Source: Camelus dromedarius (lineage: Eukaryota). From it: a stretch of DNA of 64,000 nucleotides. Below are positions 38,400 to 49,580 of this stretch, one piece after another; the first letter of the stretch is position 1; each line of letters opens with the position of its first letter. The notes below the pieces were generated by a model, which saw nothing but the letters and a program-made list of their open reading frames with translations, searched no databases and was not told the origin of the DNA. The stretch covers positions 78,616,001 to 78,680,000 of the forward strand of contig NC_087445.1 in the NCBI RefSeq assembly GCF_036321535.1, in the 5' to 3' direction. Position numbers and translations under genes: made by a program.

Positions 38400-39800
38400 C
38401 CGCCCAGTCCTGGCCGGGCCGTTCTCGCCCTGGCCCCAGGCTGGCCGGAACCCTCACGCTCCCCACCACCCGGGCAGCCCGGCACCTGCCACGGAGCGGA
38501 AGCGCCTTTCGCGGCTCCACCTGACAGGCCCACAGGCGCCGGGACGCTGAGGGGCCGGGCCGGCGGAGCTGGCGGCGCGAAGGCTGGGGGGCAGCGGTCT
38601 GGGGGGCCTGGTGGCTAGGGGCGTAGCGTTGGACGTTAGTGGTTGGGGGCCGTCGGGTTTGGGGGACCCTTCGGGTTGGGGGGTCATGCGAGGCGAGGCC
38701 GCCGGATGGGGGGCGTCCAGGTTGGGCCTCGGGGTTGAGGACTGTCGAGTGGGGGGGGCCGTTGAGTGGGGAACCGTCGGAGTTGCGGCCGTCAGGGCCG
38801 AGCGGCCCTGTGAGTCAGTGTGTGTCCCGGGTGGGCTGGGAAGCCGATGGCTACCCCTCCTCACAGAACCGGACCCCCGGGCCTGCGCTTGGCGGCGACT
38901 CACCGGGACCGCGCGCTCCCGACGCCCGCGCTCCCGTCTCTCCACTCGAAGCCCCGCCCCCCCCCACGCCCGCGCTCCCGACAGCCCCTCCCGGTGCCCG
39001 GATTCCGCCTTGAGGCTCCGCCCCCAGCGGCCGCGCTCCCGACGGCCCGCCCCACGCATTGGCCGGGTCCCCGCCAGCCCCGCCCCCTCGCAAGGCCGAG
39101 GCTGCACATTGGGCGCGGCACAACCAATCGGAGCCACTCTCGCTGCGGTGCGGAGGCTGGGTGGCCCGGAAGCTGCCGTGAGCGCCGGAAGCGGAGCGCG
39201 CCGGGGCTGGGGATTGCGGCACGCCGAGCGGGTGTCGGCCGCGTGGTGTGCGCTGGGCTCGCGGAGCGTTCGCGTCGTGCAGGCCCGAGCATGGGCCTCC
39301 TGAGCGGGGCGGCTCGCGCCCTGGTGCGGGGCGCCGACCGAATGAGCAGGTGGACCAGCAAGCGGGGCCCGCGCACCTTCCTCAAGGGCCGCGGCGCCAA
39401 GGGCACCGGCTTCCACGCCCGCGACAGGAAGTTCGTGCAGGTCAAGGAGATGGTCCCGGAGCTGGTGGTGCCCGAACTGGCCGGGTTCAGGCTCAAGCCC
39501 TACGTGAACTACCGCGCGCCGGAGGGCACAGACGCCCCCCTGACGGCCAAGCAGCTCTTCCTGGAAGCGGTGGCGCCTGCTATTGAGAAGGACTTTAAGG
39601 CCGGCACTTTCGACCCCGAGCGCCTGGAAAAGTACGGCTTTGAGCCCACCCAGGAAGGCAAGCTCTTCCAGCTGTATCCCAAGAACTTCCCGCGCTAGGA
39701 GCCCGCGAGCGGAGGACTTGTGCTCACCTTCCTTGCCCGTCCCAGGTCGGGTGGCGGGTGGGAAGGCGTTTCCCTCGCTGCGTTTCTATTAAAGGCCTTC
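38400..39800. promoter_or_regulatory. CpG island / divergent promoter region of MRPL41 (+) and PNPLA7 (-)
   Basis: Dense CpG; GC boxes around 38950-39090; ATTGG/CCAAT at about 39058, 39107 and 39124; CCGGAAG ETS sites at 39166 and 39185; TGAGTCA at 38811-38817. Confidence 0.9.
39291..39698 (+). CDS. MRPL41: Mitochondrial ribosomal protein mL41, 135 aa, single coding exon
   Basis: [28 protein letters not shown]...[19 protein letters not shown] matches MRPL41. Probable 105-nt 5'UTR intron at 39178-39282 (GTGAGC...TGCAG). Confidence 0.98.
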   Translation: MGLLSGAARALVRGADRMSRWTSKRGPRTFLKGRGAKGTGFHARDRKFVQVKEMVPELVVPELAGFRLKPYVNYRAPEGTDAPLTAKQLFLEAVAPAIEKDFKAGTFDPERLEKYGFEPTQEGKLFQLYPKNFPR

Positions 39801-39851
39801 GCTACCGTACAGGGTTTGTTTCGGGCATCTGTCATTCATTGTGAAAATAAA
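39788..39851 (+). terminator. MRPL41 polyadenylation signals (ATTAAA 39788-39793; AATAAA 39846-39851)
   Basis: Hexamers 90 and about 150 nt downstream of the stop codon. Confidence 0.7.
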
Positions 39852-41370
39852 GTGTGCAATGTAGCAGGTTAGCGACCTAGGCTAAGTTCTCAGAGGTTCC
39901 ATTACCTGTGAAACTGCAAAGAGCCGTTTTCTCAACCACAAGGTTCTGGGAAGGAAGCGGGAACACATCGCTTAGACTGCGGAAGAGAATTACGAGGTAA
40001 CCGAGCCACGTGACTGCACTGGTTAATTCATCCCCCAGATTCTTCAGCCCGAGGACTGATGAAAATATTTATGGAATCCAAGGTAACTATTTGGGGGGGG
40101 GGGGAGGTCAGGTGAAACTGCCCTCCTTGGGACAAACCTAGAGAGGCCACACAAGCTGGTGTCAAAACTAGGATTTCCCTAGTGATCGCTAGTCTCTTTC
40201 CACCTTGTGTTTGCCTGTTTCAGTGCATATAATCCTGCAATCTTTTAAATCCTGTTTGATATTTAATTGATCTCTGAGTTAAATATCTGAAAACAAACGC
40301 TAGAGGAGGGTTCAACATTAATATATTCTGACCTGTACTGGCATGAGTGCTGTATCATCAGAAAATAAAGCAAAAGATAGAAGTTTTGTGTTTTCTGACT
40401 GAACACCTATGTATCCTTAGTGGATGTTGACAAACCCCACTGTGGATTGTACTTCAACATCCATTCCTTCCAGAGAGACAAGAAGGAACCTGTCCATGGA
40501 AGTTAGATCAGTCACAAACCCAGTTATGTTCTTGGAGTTAACAGTGTCCAGGCTGGGAAGCTACTTGGTTCACTGAAGACACGATGAGTGAGTGTGACTG
40601 AACACGTTTCAAGTTTATGACTCGCCAGGGCAGCTCAGAATGTGCACACAGCTTTTACTTATCTGTATGGGAGGTTTTACAAGCACTTCTGGTGCCATGA
40701 TGTGATCTTTTAAAATGTTTATATAAAACTACTTGGGTTATAAAGTAGCTTTGAAAAAAACCCACTTCATTCAGTTATATAAATAGTTGCTTAAGTAAGT
40801 ATGAAGAGCTGGAAGTCAAACACAAGAAGCAGAGATGATTCTGACTTGGCGGCGGCGGCGGAGCTTTCAGGCCCCAGGGTCCACAGGAGGGGGCTGGATG
40901 GACTGGTCATGATGTGTAGGGAGAAGGTAGCAGTGGCAGCAGCCAACAGGGTCACGTGAACCACAGCTCCAGGGTGCAGCTGGGCCTGCTGTCCTCCATC
41001 CACCAGGCTGGTAAGAAGGGCCGTCTGGGGTCTCTGGCCTTGCACTTACCCACTCTCACCTCTCCCCTCCCCTCCTCCCCAGCAGCTGGTGGTAGCAGCC
41101 AGGCACTGGGCACCCATCCTAACTGCCCGCCAGCTGGGCTCCCCAGCAGAGGCTGGGCAGATCCTATCAGGGGATGGTTTTCTGGCCTGGTTAAAGGAAG
41201 GAGGAAATTCACACACCAACAGTTTTTGAATAAAAGAACTGCTCTGGGTTTAAAAACAAAAACACAAGCAACTGACAAGTTTATGACTGGGAACCATGCC
41301 CCTCCCACTCCCTGGGCCCCGCAGCACAACAGCCCAGGGCAAAGACCACTTGCTGCCACAGAATCACCAT

Positions 41371-41524
41371 TTTATTTAAGACAGACCACCAGCTTTTGTG
41401 ACTGCGCTGTTCGGTAAAATGCACTGAGCCCCATGCAGTCACCCGCAGGCAGGGAGAATCTTAGTGAGATGGTCTGAGGACACTTCATTCCCAGAAAAGA
41501 TAAAGTCGCACTCTTGGTTTTATT
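41371..41524 (-). terminator. DPH7 polyadenylation signals (AATAAA on minus at 41519-41524 and 41371-41376)
   Basis: TTTATT on the plus strand, about 50 and 200 nt past the stop codon. Confidence 0.7.
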
Positions 41525-41572
41525 TGTGGAAATGGTCCTTATGACTTCAAACCAAGCAACCTCTTCCCTAGC

Positions 41573-41997
41573 TCAGCTGCTGTCCCACTTCCAGAGGTGG
41601 AGAACATGATCATAAAAGGAGCAAGTGGCTAGAAGGTTGATGTCAAAGTTTGCTGCCTCCAAGTACAGGTCACAGTCACAGATCTGGAGCCTTGAGGCAT
41701 GCAGCCGGCTGCCACAAGGAGCCTTCAGCCTGCCTCCACCCTGGAGCTTGGTACCACCCTCTCCATCGTCCACTAAAGGATCAGAAGAGGATGCTGGCGA
41801 CTGGCCCTTAACCTTCAGGTTACAGACCACGTCTGCAGTTTTGGCTCCTGGGTCACTGCAGGGAAAGGACCCTAGGGGTAATAACGGCTGGGCCTGCGGC
41901 AGACGGTGGAAGTAGAGCCAGGACCAGTCGACTCCGTACACCAGTGCGTTGGGCAGGATGTGGGACAGGGCGACTGTGCAGGCTTCCTGCTTCTCCT
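41573..41997 (-). CDS. DPH7: DPH7 last exon (EKQEACTVALSHILPNALVYGVDWSW...LLATCSFYDHVLHLWKWDSS*)
   Basis: 425 coding nt, TGA at 41575-41573; LATCSFYDH motif. Confidence 0.97.
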
Positions 41998-43399
41998 CTG
42001 GAGCAAACCGGGCGGACACGGGAAACAGAGCATTACCCAGAGTGGACCTCGTCACCCCGACCGACAGCCCCGCCCACCCTCCAAGCAAGACTCTGCCAAG
42101 AGCAGCCCCTGTGCAGCCCGCGGAGGAGCGTGGGGATGCGCACAGAGGACAAAAGTCCTCATCTTGCAGGGAGCGTGCTGTGCCCACGAGGGGAGCTAGC
42201 CCGCAACAGAACACGCATGCAGGGCACCTTCCCAGTCAGAGGACCTGCGAAAGCTTCCCATTAAGACTTAAAGCCAGGGACAAAGGACTCAGCACAGTGG
42301 GGGAAGAGCCGTGCAGGTGGCCATGGCCGAGGTGTCAGGGACCGGGGCTCGTCTGAAGGCCACGTCACATACAGTCCAGTGTGCTCTGTAAAAGAGTCTG
42401 GATTTAGCTTTTGCTTGGAAAGGAGTCACGGAGGACCTGAAGCAAGAGCAATTTCCGAGGTGCCGTGGCAACTGTGAAGCTGGACAGAACAGAGCTGAGG
42501 GAGGGCTGAAAGTGACCCACGAGCAGAAGAAAGAAATGATGAGCTGTCGCCAGGCCTGAGGTGGTCAAGGGTCTGGGGTGAGGACCAGGCTGGCATGAGC
42601 AGCCATGGAAAATGGGTGGCCAGTGAGCCGGGGATGTGGACTTAGGAAACTGTCAGCAGCGGGAAGCCCCAACAGCCCACCATTCAGCCTTCGAAGAGTC
42701 AGCCTGGAGGCCGCAACACCCTGAAGGTGGCCACTGCTGCCTCCCGAGTGCCGGGATCCATGCCAAGTGATCTGAATCGCGATCGATCAGAATGAGCACT
42801 GATGAGGAAAGGCTGGAGCTGGACTCGGCAAACATGAGACCCTCCTCCCTCACCCAGGGCTTTCCCCGGGCAGAGGGCTCTGGCAGGGAGCTGGGCGCTG
42901 AGGCTCCCAGAGGGCAGAGAGACACACTGGCCACATGCATGGAAGGAAGGCCCAGGAGACGCCCCGCTCGGGTGGGGACGCCTGGCCCTGGTAACTAGTG
43001 GACGACAGGTCTTCCTGCTGCACAGAGACATGACACCTGTGACACAGCACGGCTGCCCCTCGGGGGCACGCGGAGCCCAAACAGAACAACACGTTACGTT
43101 AGGCAGCAAGGGGTGGAAAGTTCCAAAGAGTAGGAATGGTGCAGGCCACATTCCGACCTAACGCAGTGAAACAAAATGAATGACACGGTCAAAACAAAAG
43201 ACTGCTTCCACCTAGAAGTCTAAAAACCTTCTACTAAAGCCACTCATGGATAAAAGGGAAATACGAACTCAAATCACAGAACTTCTTTATAAAAAGTGCA
43301 AGTGAAATGACTACTGTCATAACCTACAAGTATGCTTACATCACAGAAAAGTTCAAACATAAAAACACGTAACATAAACAGATTAATAAAGATGAGTGA

Positions 43400-44325
43400 A
43401 CTGTACTCCCAACTCAGAATGCTAGAATGAGAACTAAGGAGGCACAGGGAGAGGAACAATACAGACAAAAAGAGACACTGATGAGAGCACAGAACAGAAC
43501 ACACCATACAACCAAAATCAAAATCCTTTCAAAGAAATAATATACACACTACTAACTAACCTAATTAAGGAAAAAGAAATACTTATTTCAATGTTTGCAT
43601 AAATATATAAAGTAAAACATGACAAAGGGCAAAATAGCCATTAGAGAGAATTTTTTTTTTAAACTAACCTGAGTGTGGGAGGGAAAAGGCTTTTTAACTA
43701 AAACACAAAATCTAGATTGAATTTTAAAAATCTATAAATTGTATTACATTTAAGAAAACCTTCTGCATGGGGAAAAACACCACCAAAGGCAGATCAAGGC
43801 AACAAACAGAGGAAACATTTCCAGCCTAAACCAGAGGTCAAGGGTCAAGGCCACTGCACAGAACTCCAAGCCGAGAGAGAAAAGGACCAGAAGCCAGAGG
43901 GGAAACAGGCAAAGGACAGACAGAGGCACTTCACAGAGACAGATATAACAGCAGCCCTCAGCAAGTGAGAGTATGTTTAACCTCACTCCTAGTTAGAGAC
44001 ACGCAGGTTTAAGTTCCTGTGAGACGCCACTTCACAAGCCTGATGGCGCTGTTGGCGAGGCTGAGGGGAGGCAGGCTTCCCCATGTGTGGCTGGTGAGGA
44101 AACAGTGAGATCCGTGCTCACCTGGGACCCTGTAGCCCCTCATCTAGGCAGCAGCCCTGAGGATACCTTCAGTGAGGCAGAAGCATGCGCACAACAGAAT
44201 ACACGTCAAGCACTATTTACAGTGGCAAACTACTGGAAGAGCCCAAACATGCACCTAGAAAGTTGGAAGAGAGATCTGTAGTATACGCACCAAATGGTGT
44301 GCTATGTAACCTTTAAAAAGAGCGA
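43400..44325 (+). mobile_element. Old L1M ORF2/3' relic upstream of L1 copy 3
   Basis: Degenerate AAAACCTTCTGCATGG, GACCCTGTAGCCCCTCATCTAGG and GCACTATTTACAGTGGCAAA motifs. Confidence 0.6.
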
Positions 44326-45205
44326 GGCCAACAGGCACGTGGAAAGATGCTCAATGTCGCTAATCATCAGAGAAATGCAAGTCAGAGCCACAGTGAAGTA
44401 TCACCTCACACCAGCCAGAATGGCCATCTTTAAAAAGTGCACAAACGATAAGTGCTGGAGAGGCCGTGGAGGAAAGGGAATTACCTCCTGCACTGCTGGT
44501 GGGAATGCAGTTTGGTGCAGCCACTGTGGAAAACAGTATGGAGATTCCTCAAAAGATTAGGAATAGACTTACCATATGACCCAGCAATCCCATTCCTGGG
44601 CATATATCCAGAAGGAACCCTACTTCAAAAAGACACCTGCACCCCAGTGTTCACAGCNNNNNNNNNNNNNNNNNNNNNNNNNNNNNNNNNNNNNNNNNNN
44701 NNNNNNNNNNNNNNNNNNNNNNNNNNNNNNNNNNNNNNNNNNNNNNNNNNNNNNNNNNNNNNNNNNNNNNNNNNNNNNNNNNNNNNNNNNNNNNNNNNNN
44801 NNNNNNNNNNNNNNNNNNNCATTCTAAGTGAAGTAAGCCAGAAAGAGAAAGAAAAATACCATATGAGATCGCTCACATGTGGAATCTAAAAAACAAACAA
44901 ACAAACAAGCATAAGTACAGAACAGAAACAGACTCATAGACATAGAATACAGACTTGTGGTTGCCAAGGGGGTGGGGGGTGGGAAGGGATAGACTGGGAT
45001 TTCAAAATTGTAGAATAGATAAACAAGATTATACTGTATAGCACAGGGAAATATACACAAGCTCTTATGGTGGCTCACAGAGGAAAAATGTGACAATGAA
45101 TATGTATATGCTCACGTACAACTGAAAAATTGTGCTCTACACTGGAATTTGACACAACATTGTAAAATGATTATAAATCAATAAAAAATGTTAAAAAAAA
45201 AAACA
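44326..45205 (+). mobile_element. 5'-truncated L1 (copy 3) in the last DPH7 intron, followed by an older L1 3'UTR fragment (about 45200-45345)
   Basis: ANRHVERCSMSLIIREMQ / [17 protein letters not shown] peptides; 3'UTR close to copy 1; A-tail; no TSD seen; N-run at 44658-44819. Confidence 0.93.
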
Positions 45206-45554
45206 AACTTACAGTTACTGAGGGGAAAGAAGGTGGGAAGGGATACATGGGAGTCCGAGATTTGCAAATACTAACTACTATACATAAAACAGGTAGATTT
45301 GTTCTGTACAGCACACGGAGCCATACTCAGTACCTTATAGTGACCCACGCTCACACATGCACATGCACACTCCCACACAGCACCCCGCGGCTATGAGCAC
45401 GGCTACGAGCACAACTAATGACCAGATCTCAGGCTGTAAACAACACTGGCACTAAGAGGCCGCAGGGCTTCCAGAGGAACAGCTGACCCCGGGTGCAGGG
45501 GAGGCAAAGTACGAGATGAACCTGGAGCTAACTGTGCCCCAAAGCAAGGAGGGG

Positions 45555-45858
45555 CAGTTGGCCGTCCTTCCCCTGAGTTCCACAGCCACAGAGTCAACCA
45601 ACTCAGGATCAAAAATACCACACGACCCAAGGCTGGAGGAAGCTACAGGCTTGGAACCCCAGGCCACAGGGCCACCTGGACTCAAAAATCTCTGAGGACA
45701 TATGAAAAGGACATTCATGCTGTGTTAGGTATTACAAACAACTGAGAGATGATTTAAAGTGTCCAGGTAAATGCAAACACTGGGCCATTTTATCTGAGGG
45801 ACCTGGTGTCTGCAGGGGCCCTGGAACCCACCCCCGTGGATACCAGGGAACAACTGTA
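45555..45858 (-). mobile_element. MER2 (Tigger-derived MITE)
   Basis: TIR-like ends CAGTTGGCC... and ...GGATACCAGGGAACAACTGTA; internal TTTAAATCATCTCT and TAATACCTAACACA motifs. A second MER2/Tigger-type end lies at about 19700-19878. Confidence 0.7.
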
Positions 45859-47461
45859 TATGGATACAGATAGACACATGGAAGAAAGGACAGCTCTTCC
45901 TTACAAAAGAATACGAATTTTAAAATGTGGGAAGGATAGTAACAGAAAATCACCATTCTGCAATTACAGTAGTAACTTATCAGGCAAGAATCATCAATGG
46001 ATTGAGTGAAAGTCTGATGAGAAACACAGGTTCAAAGACTCTCATCACAGGCTATTAATTACAAAGGAAAAATAGCTTTTTTACACTGGAGAAAGCTAGG
46101 GCAACCACTTTGACCACATGGTCCAGTTAACATCTGCTACAAAGGACAGAGTGGCGTCACGTGACTCCTGACCCAACACACTGAGGAGAGAATGTCACCT
46201 CTGTCAGGTCCTGGTGGAAGAGGGTCCGGCCCAGGACAGGAGACAATTTCAGACTCAGACCATGAACAGACGGAAGCAGGCAGCACCCGTGAGGGACCCT
46301 GAGTGGCTCCCCAGCGTCAGAGGAGAGGCTTTACAGCAAACAAAACCTTATTATAGGTAAACAGGGCACCGTGCATCAACAAGAGGGTCCATACGTGAGG
46401 AAAACACAGTTATGAACAAGGACACCCCTAACAAGAACCCCAAAACCTCTGAGACAAAACCTGACAGAACTGAGGAGGAGCCAACAGTGACAGCTGAGAC
46501 TTCAGCCCCATGCTGTCAGTGACGAACAACCAGGCGGACAGTCAGCAAGGAAGCAGCAGCCCCGACCGCCCCCACAGGCCCTCCGCCCGTGTCAGCAGCG
46601 CAGGCCCCTCGGAGGGGCAAGCGGGGCTCTCCCCGGCGGCCGCACGCTCGGCACACCTCAACAAGCCCGGAGGAGCCCACAGTGGCGTCAAGTCAGAAAT
46701 CCTAGCAGAAAGAAATCGAGGGCGCCCACGAGAATGTGGAAATTAAACCACACACTCGTGAATAGCCACTCAGTCAAAGAAGGTATCACAAAACGCCGAC
46801 GCTGACGGAGAGGAACGACCTCAGACTGTGACAGTGCGAGCCGCCAGGGCAGGGAGGAGCGTGGGTTCAGAGGAGGACGCTGGTGCAGAGCCAGTGCAGA
46901 GGAGCCCGGCCCCAGGAGCCACAATGGGGCTGAGGCGCTAAGTCGCTTCTTTGCATGGAGGAGGGGACGGGAGGTCACGGGCTGAGAGTGAGGGGAGGAC
47001 AGGGGTGGGGGCTGAGAAAAGAAACGGAAATAGTTTGGACAGCAAAAGAATGACAGGTCAGGTTCACCTGGAGATTCCAAGCACCCACAGGAGCATGAGG
47101 TGAAGGGAAGGGAGACCATGCAGGGGCTGCGTCCCCCCAGCCGCACGCTGTGGCTCGGCCTCAGGCAGAGCTTTCCCAGTGCCAGGTTCTCCTGGAGCAT
47201 CAGACCACAGGGACCACACTGACCACAGCAGGACGATGTGGCAAAGGTGGGTCAAGGATGGTTATGAAAGCGACAAGCGGTAATGCGTCTGGAGGAGGGG
47301 TCCCAATAGGGCCAGAAAGTCGCTGAGATGCAGAAGGTACCATGACAATCCAGACGGTCAGGTAAGAGCCATGCGCAGAGGGCAGGGTGACAAACCTCGG
47401 CAAGGCCTCGGGCGTGGCCCTGGGAACATGCGAAGAGGCAAGAACTGGGGCCCCCGCTCAC

Positions 47462-47634
47462 CTACTGCCCTTTGGCAGTTGAGGACCTTAAAGCCTCCGT
47501 GCACACAGGCCGCCAGCAGCAGGTGGCGGCGGAAAGGGTGCCACTTGAGCCTCCACACCCCGCCCTGCACGGGCGTGTCCGCGAGCGGCTGCTTCATGTT
47601 CCGAGTGTCCCAGAGCAGGACGTGCTCGTCGTAG
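47462..47634 (-). CDS. DPH7: DPH7 exon 8 ([33 protein letters not shown]...NCQRAV)
   Basis: 173 nt, phase 2-1. Confidence 0.97.
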
Positions 47635-47818
47635 CTGGAACCGGGGCCACAGAGAGCACATGGGAGCGCGGGGCCCAGAGCACCCACCTGCTTACCCTCC
47701 CAGACAGACCCAGGGCCCACCGCCCCTTCAGGGCCAGCCCATGAGACATGGCCACCGCCACGACACGGAGAGGCCACGGCTGGTGCAGGAAGGCATGGGA
47801 ACAGACGCTGGGTCTCAC

Positions 47819-47884
47819 CTTCCTGTGGCCAAGACGTTCTCCTGGTGTGGGCTGCTCTGGATGCTGCACACGCCCATGGAGTGT
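47819..47884 (-). CDS. DPH7: DPH7 exon 7 ([21 protein letters not shown])
   Basis: 66 nt, phase 2-2. Confidence 0.95.
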
Positions 47885-47971
47885 CTGTGAGCGGAGGGCA
47901 GGGACTGAGCTGGTGCCCGGCAGGCCCCTGGGACCCTGAGGCACGGGCAGCGCCGGCCCCCTACCACCTAC

Positions 47972-48041
47972 CTTCTGCTTGTGAACACGGATGTGGGGGG
48001 CATCCTGGTGTCCCAGCCTTTCAGGAGGCCATCGTCCCCAC
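47972..48041 (-). CDS. DPH7: DPH7 exon 6 (GDDGLLKGWDTRMPPTSVFTSR)
   Basis: 70 nt, phase 1-2; SGGDD...WD motif. Confidence 0.95.
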
Positions 48042-48659
48042 CTGCACAGAACAGAAATGCCCAACAACGGCCGGCGCGTCTCAGGCGGCATTCTCACCCA
48101 CGAGGAGGTTCCTGGGGACCATCCTCCCGGGGGGTTGCAGGCAGGCACCAGGCAGAAGAGCCTAAGCAGCACCTGGGAATGGTCACCCTGGCCGTAACCT
48201 GACGAAGGCGTGTGTGGGGAAGAGGGAAGGACCAAGGCTGCCCCAGGAGGAGAAAGGGCAGGCCAGGAAGTCCAGGGGAGAATTTCCAGGTCACACGTGA
48301 CTCAACCCTTCGGGGTCCTGACCACCAGGAACCTGCACCCACGTCAAGGGACTCTGAACAGGACCTGCACAAGGGAGGCATCAAATGTGGAGACCTGAGG
48401 TTCTGGAGCCTGCAGCGCCGCTCCATGTGGTTGTGACCTGACAGAAGAGGCCCTGTGCTTGTCCTGGGGGAACTGAGAGGAAAGGGAGAGCAAGGGGGCG
48501 GCACGCCGACCCACAGCCGGCCTTGGGAGAAAGGCAACAGCAAGCACAGGGCCGCGCTGCCTTGAAGGAGGGAGGGAAGGGACGGCTGGAGAACAGGTCG
48601 CGCAGGGAGGACAAACAGGAGCAGAAAGCCCTCGGAGGCCTGAGCCCTCCGTTCCCCGA

Positions 48660-48755
48660 CCATCTACACCCACCGTCCACCCATCTGCCCCCCACAAACC
48701 TGTCCTTCCATCCATCCTCCAGCCACCACCCGTCCAACCACCCACCCACCTACAG
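48660..48755 (+). repeat. Degenerate (CCAY)n low-complexity tract; G-rich on the DPH7 sense strand
   Basis: CCATCTACACCCACCGTCCACCCATC...CCACCCACCCACCTAC. Confidence 0.6.
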
Positions 48756-48929
48756 GTAGTTACTGAGCAAAGTACAGACCCTGGGACAAAGAATACGGGT
48801 GGACCCACGCCCAAGTGGACGGGCAGAAGCAGGCCATCTGGGCAAGGCGCCTGCGGGTGGGCCTCAAGCACAGCTGCCTTCTGTGGTGAGTGCGTAAGGA
48901 GAGCTGCCTGTGGCGTCTTTACACCATGG

Positions 48930-49580
48930 TCTGTCCTTCTCTCTCACATCACACTCGCCTCACCAGGACGCCTATCCGACTGCCTTCACACCGAGCAGCC
49001 TCACCACTTCTCACCTCCGTTGCTCCCAGCATGCACCCGCGGGGGTGACAGGCCTCCAGGCGACACCACAGCCCTTGCAGTCTGCACTCAACACATTCCT
49101 CAGATTTTAAAACACAGCCCAAAAGAGATCACTCCTCTGTTCAACATCCGCAACGGCTCCCTCCACGCTGAGCTGAAGCCACAGTCCCTCCCGGGGCCGG
49201 CGAGGCCGTGCCCCCGCGGCTTCTGCTCTCACCTTCCAGTCCAGCACCGCCTGTGCCACCCGGCCACGCTGGCTACGCGCTGTTCCGAACACACCGGGCT
49301 CACTCCTGCCTTGGGGCCCTTCGCCTATGGCGACTGTGCTCTGTCACACAACCTGCACCTGCCCGCACGCCTGAGCCCCTCAGCCCGTCCCACCTTTCTT
49401 CTCCCCAGAGGACGTACACCTGCCGCGCACACTGTGCTTCCTGTTCGCTGCCGTCTCCTGCCAGATGGTGTGAGCACAATGAAAGCAGGGACTTTTGTCC
49501 GCCTGCTCACGGGTGTGTCCCAAGCCCCCAAGACAGTGCCTGGCAGGCAGCAGGTGCTCAGTAAACACCTGCTGAATGAA
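48930..49580 (+). mobile_element. L2 3' end
   Basis: GCAGGGACTTTTGTC...ACAGTGCCTGGCAGGCAGCAGGTGCTCAGTAAACACCTGCTGAATGAA is a typical L2 terminus. Confidence 0.8.

Noticed and set aside
38820-39290. 157-codon in-frame N-terminal extension of MRPL41 from a GTG
   Set aside because: It starts upstream of the probable TSS and runs through the 5'UTR intron. The CTG/GTG codons I checked in the probable exon 1 are out of frame, and an extension would bury the targeting peptide.
38454-39416. 320-aa minus-strand ORF and other long ORFs over the CpG island
   Set aside because: Pro/Arg/Ala/Gly-rich translations expected from stop-poor GC-rich DNA; no recognisable domain.
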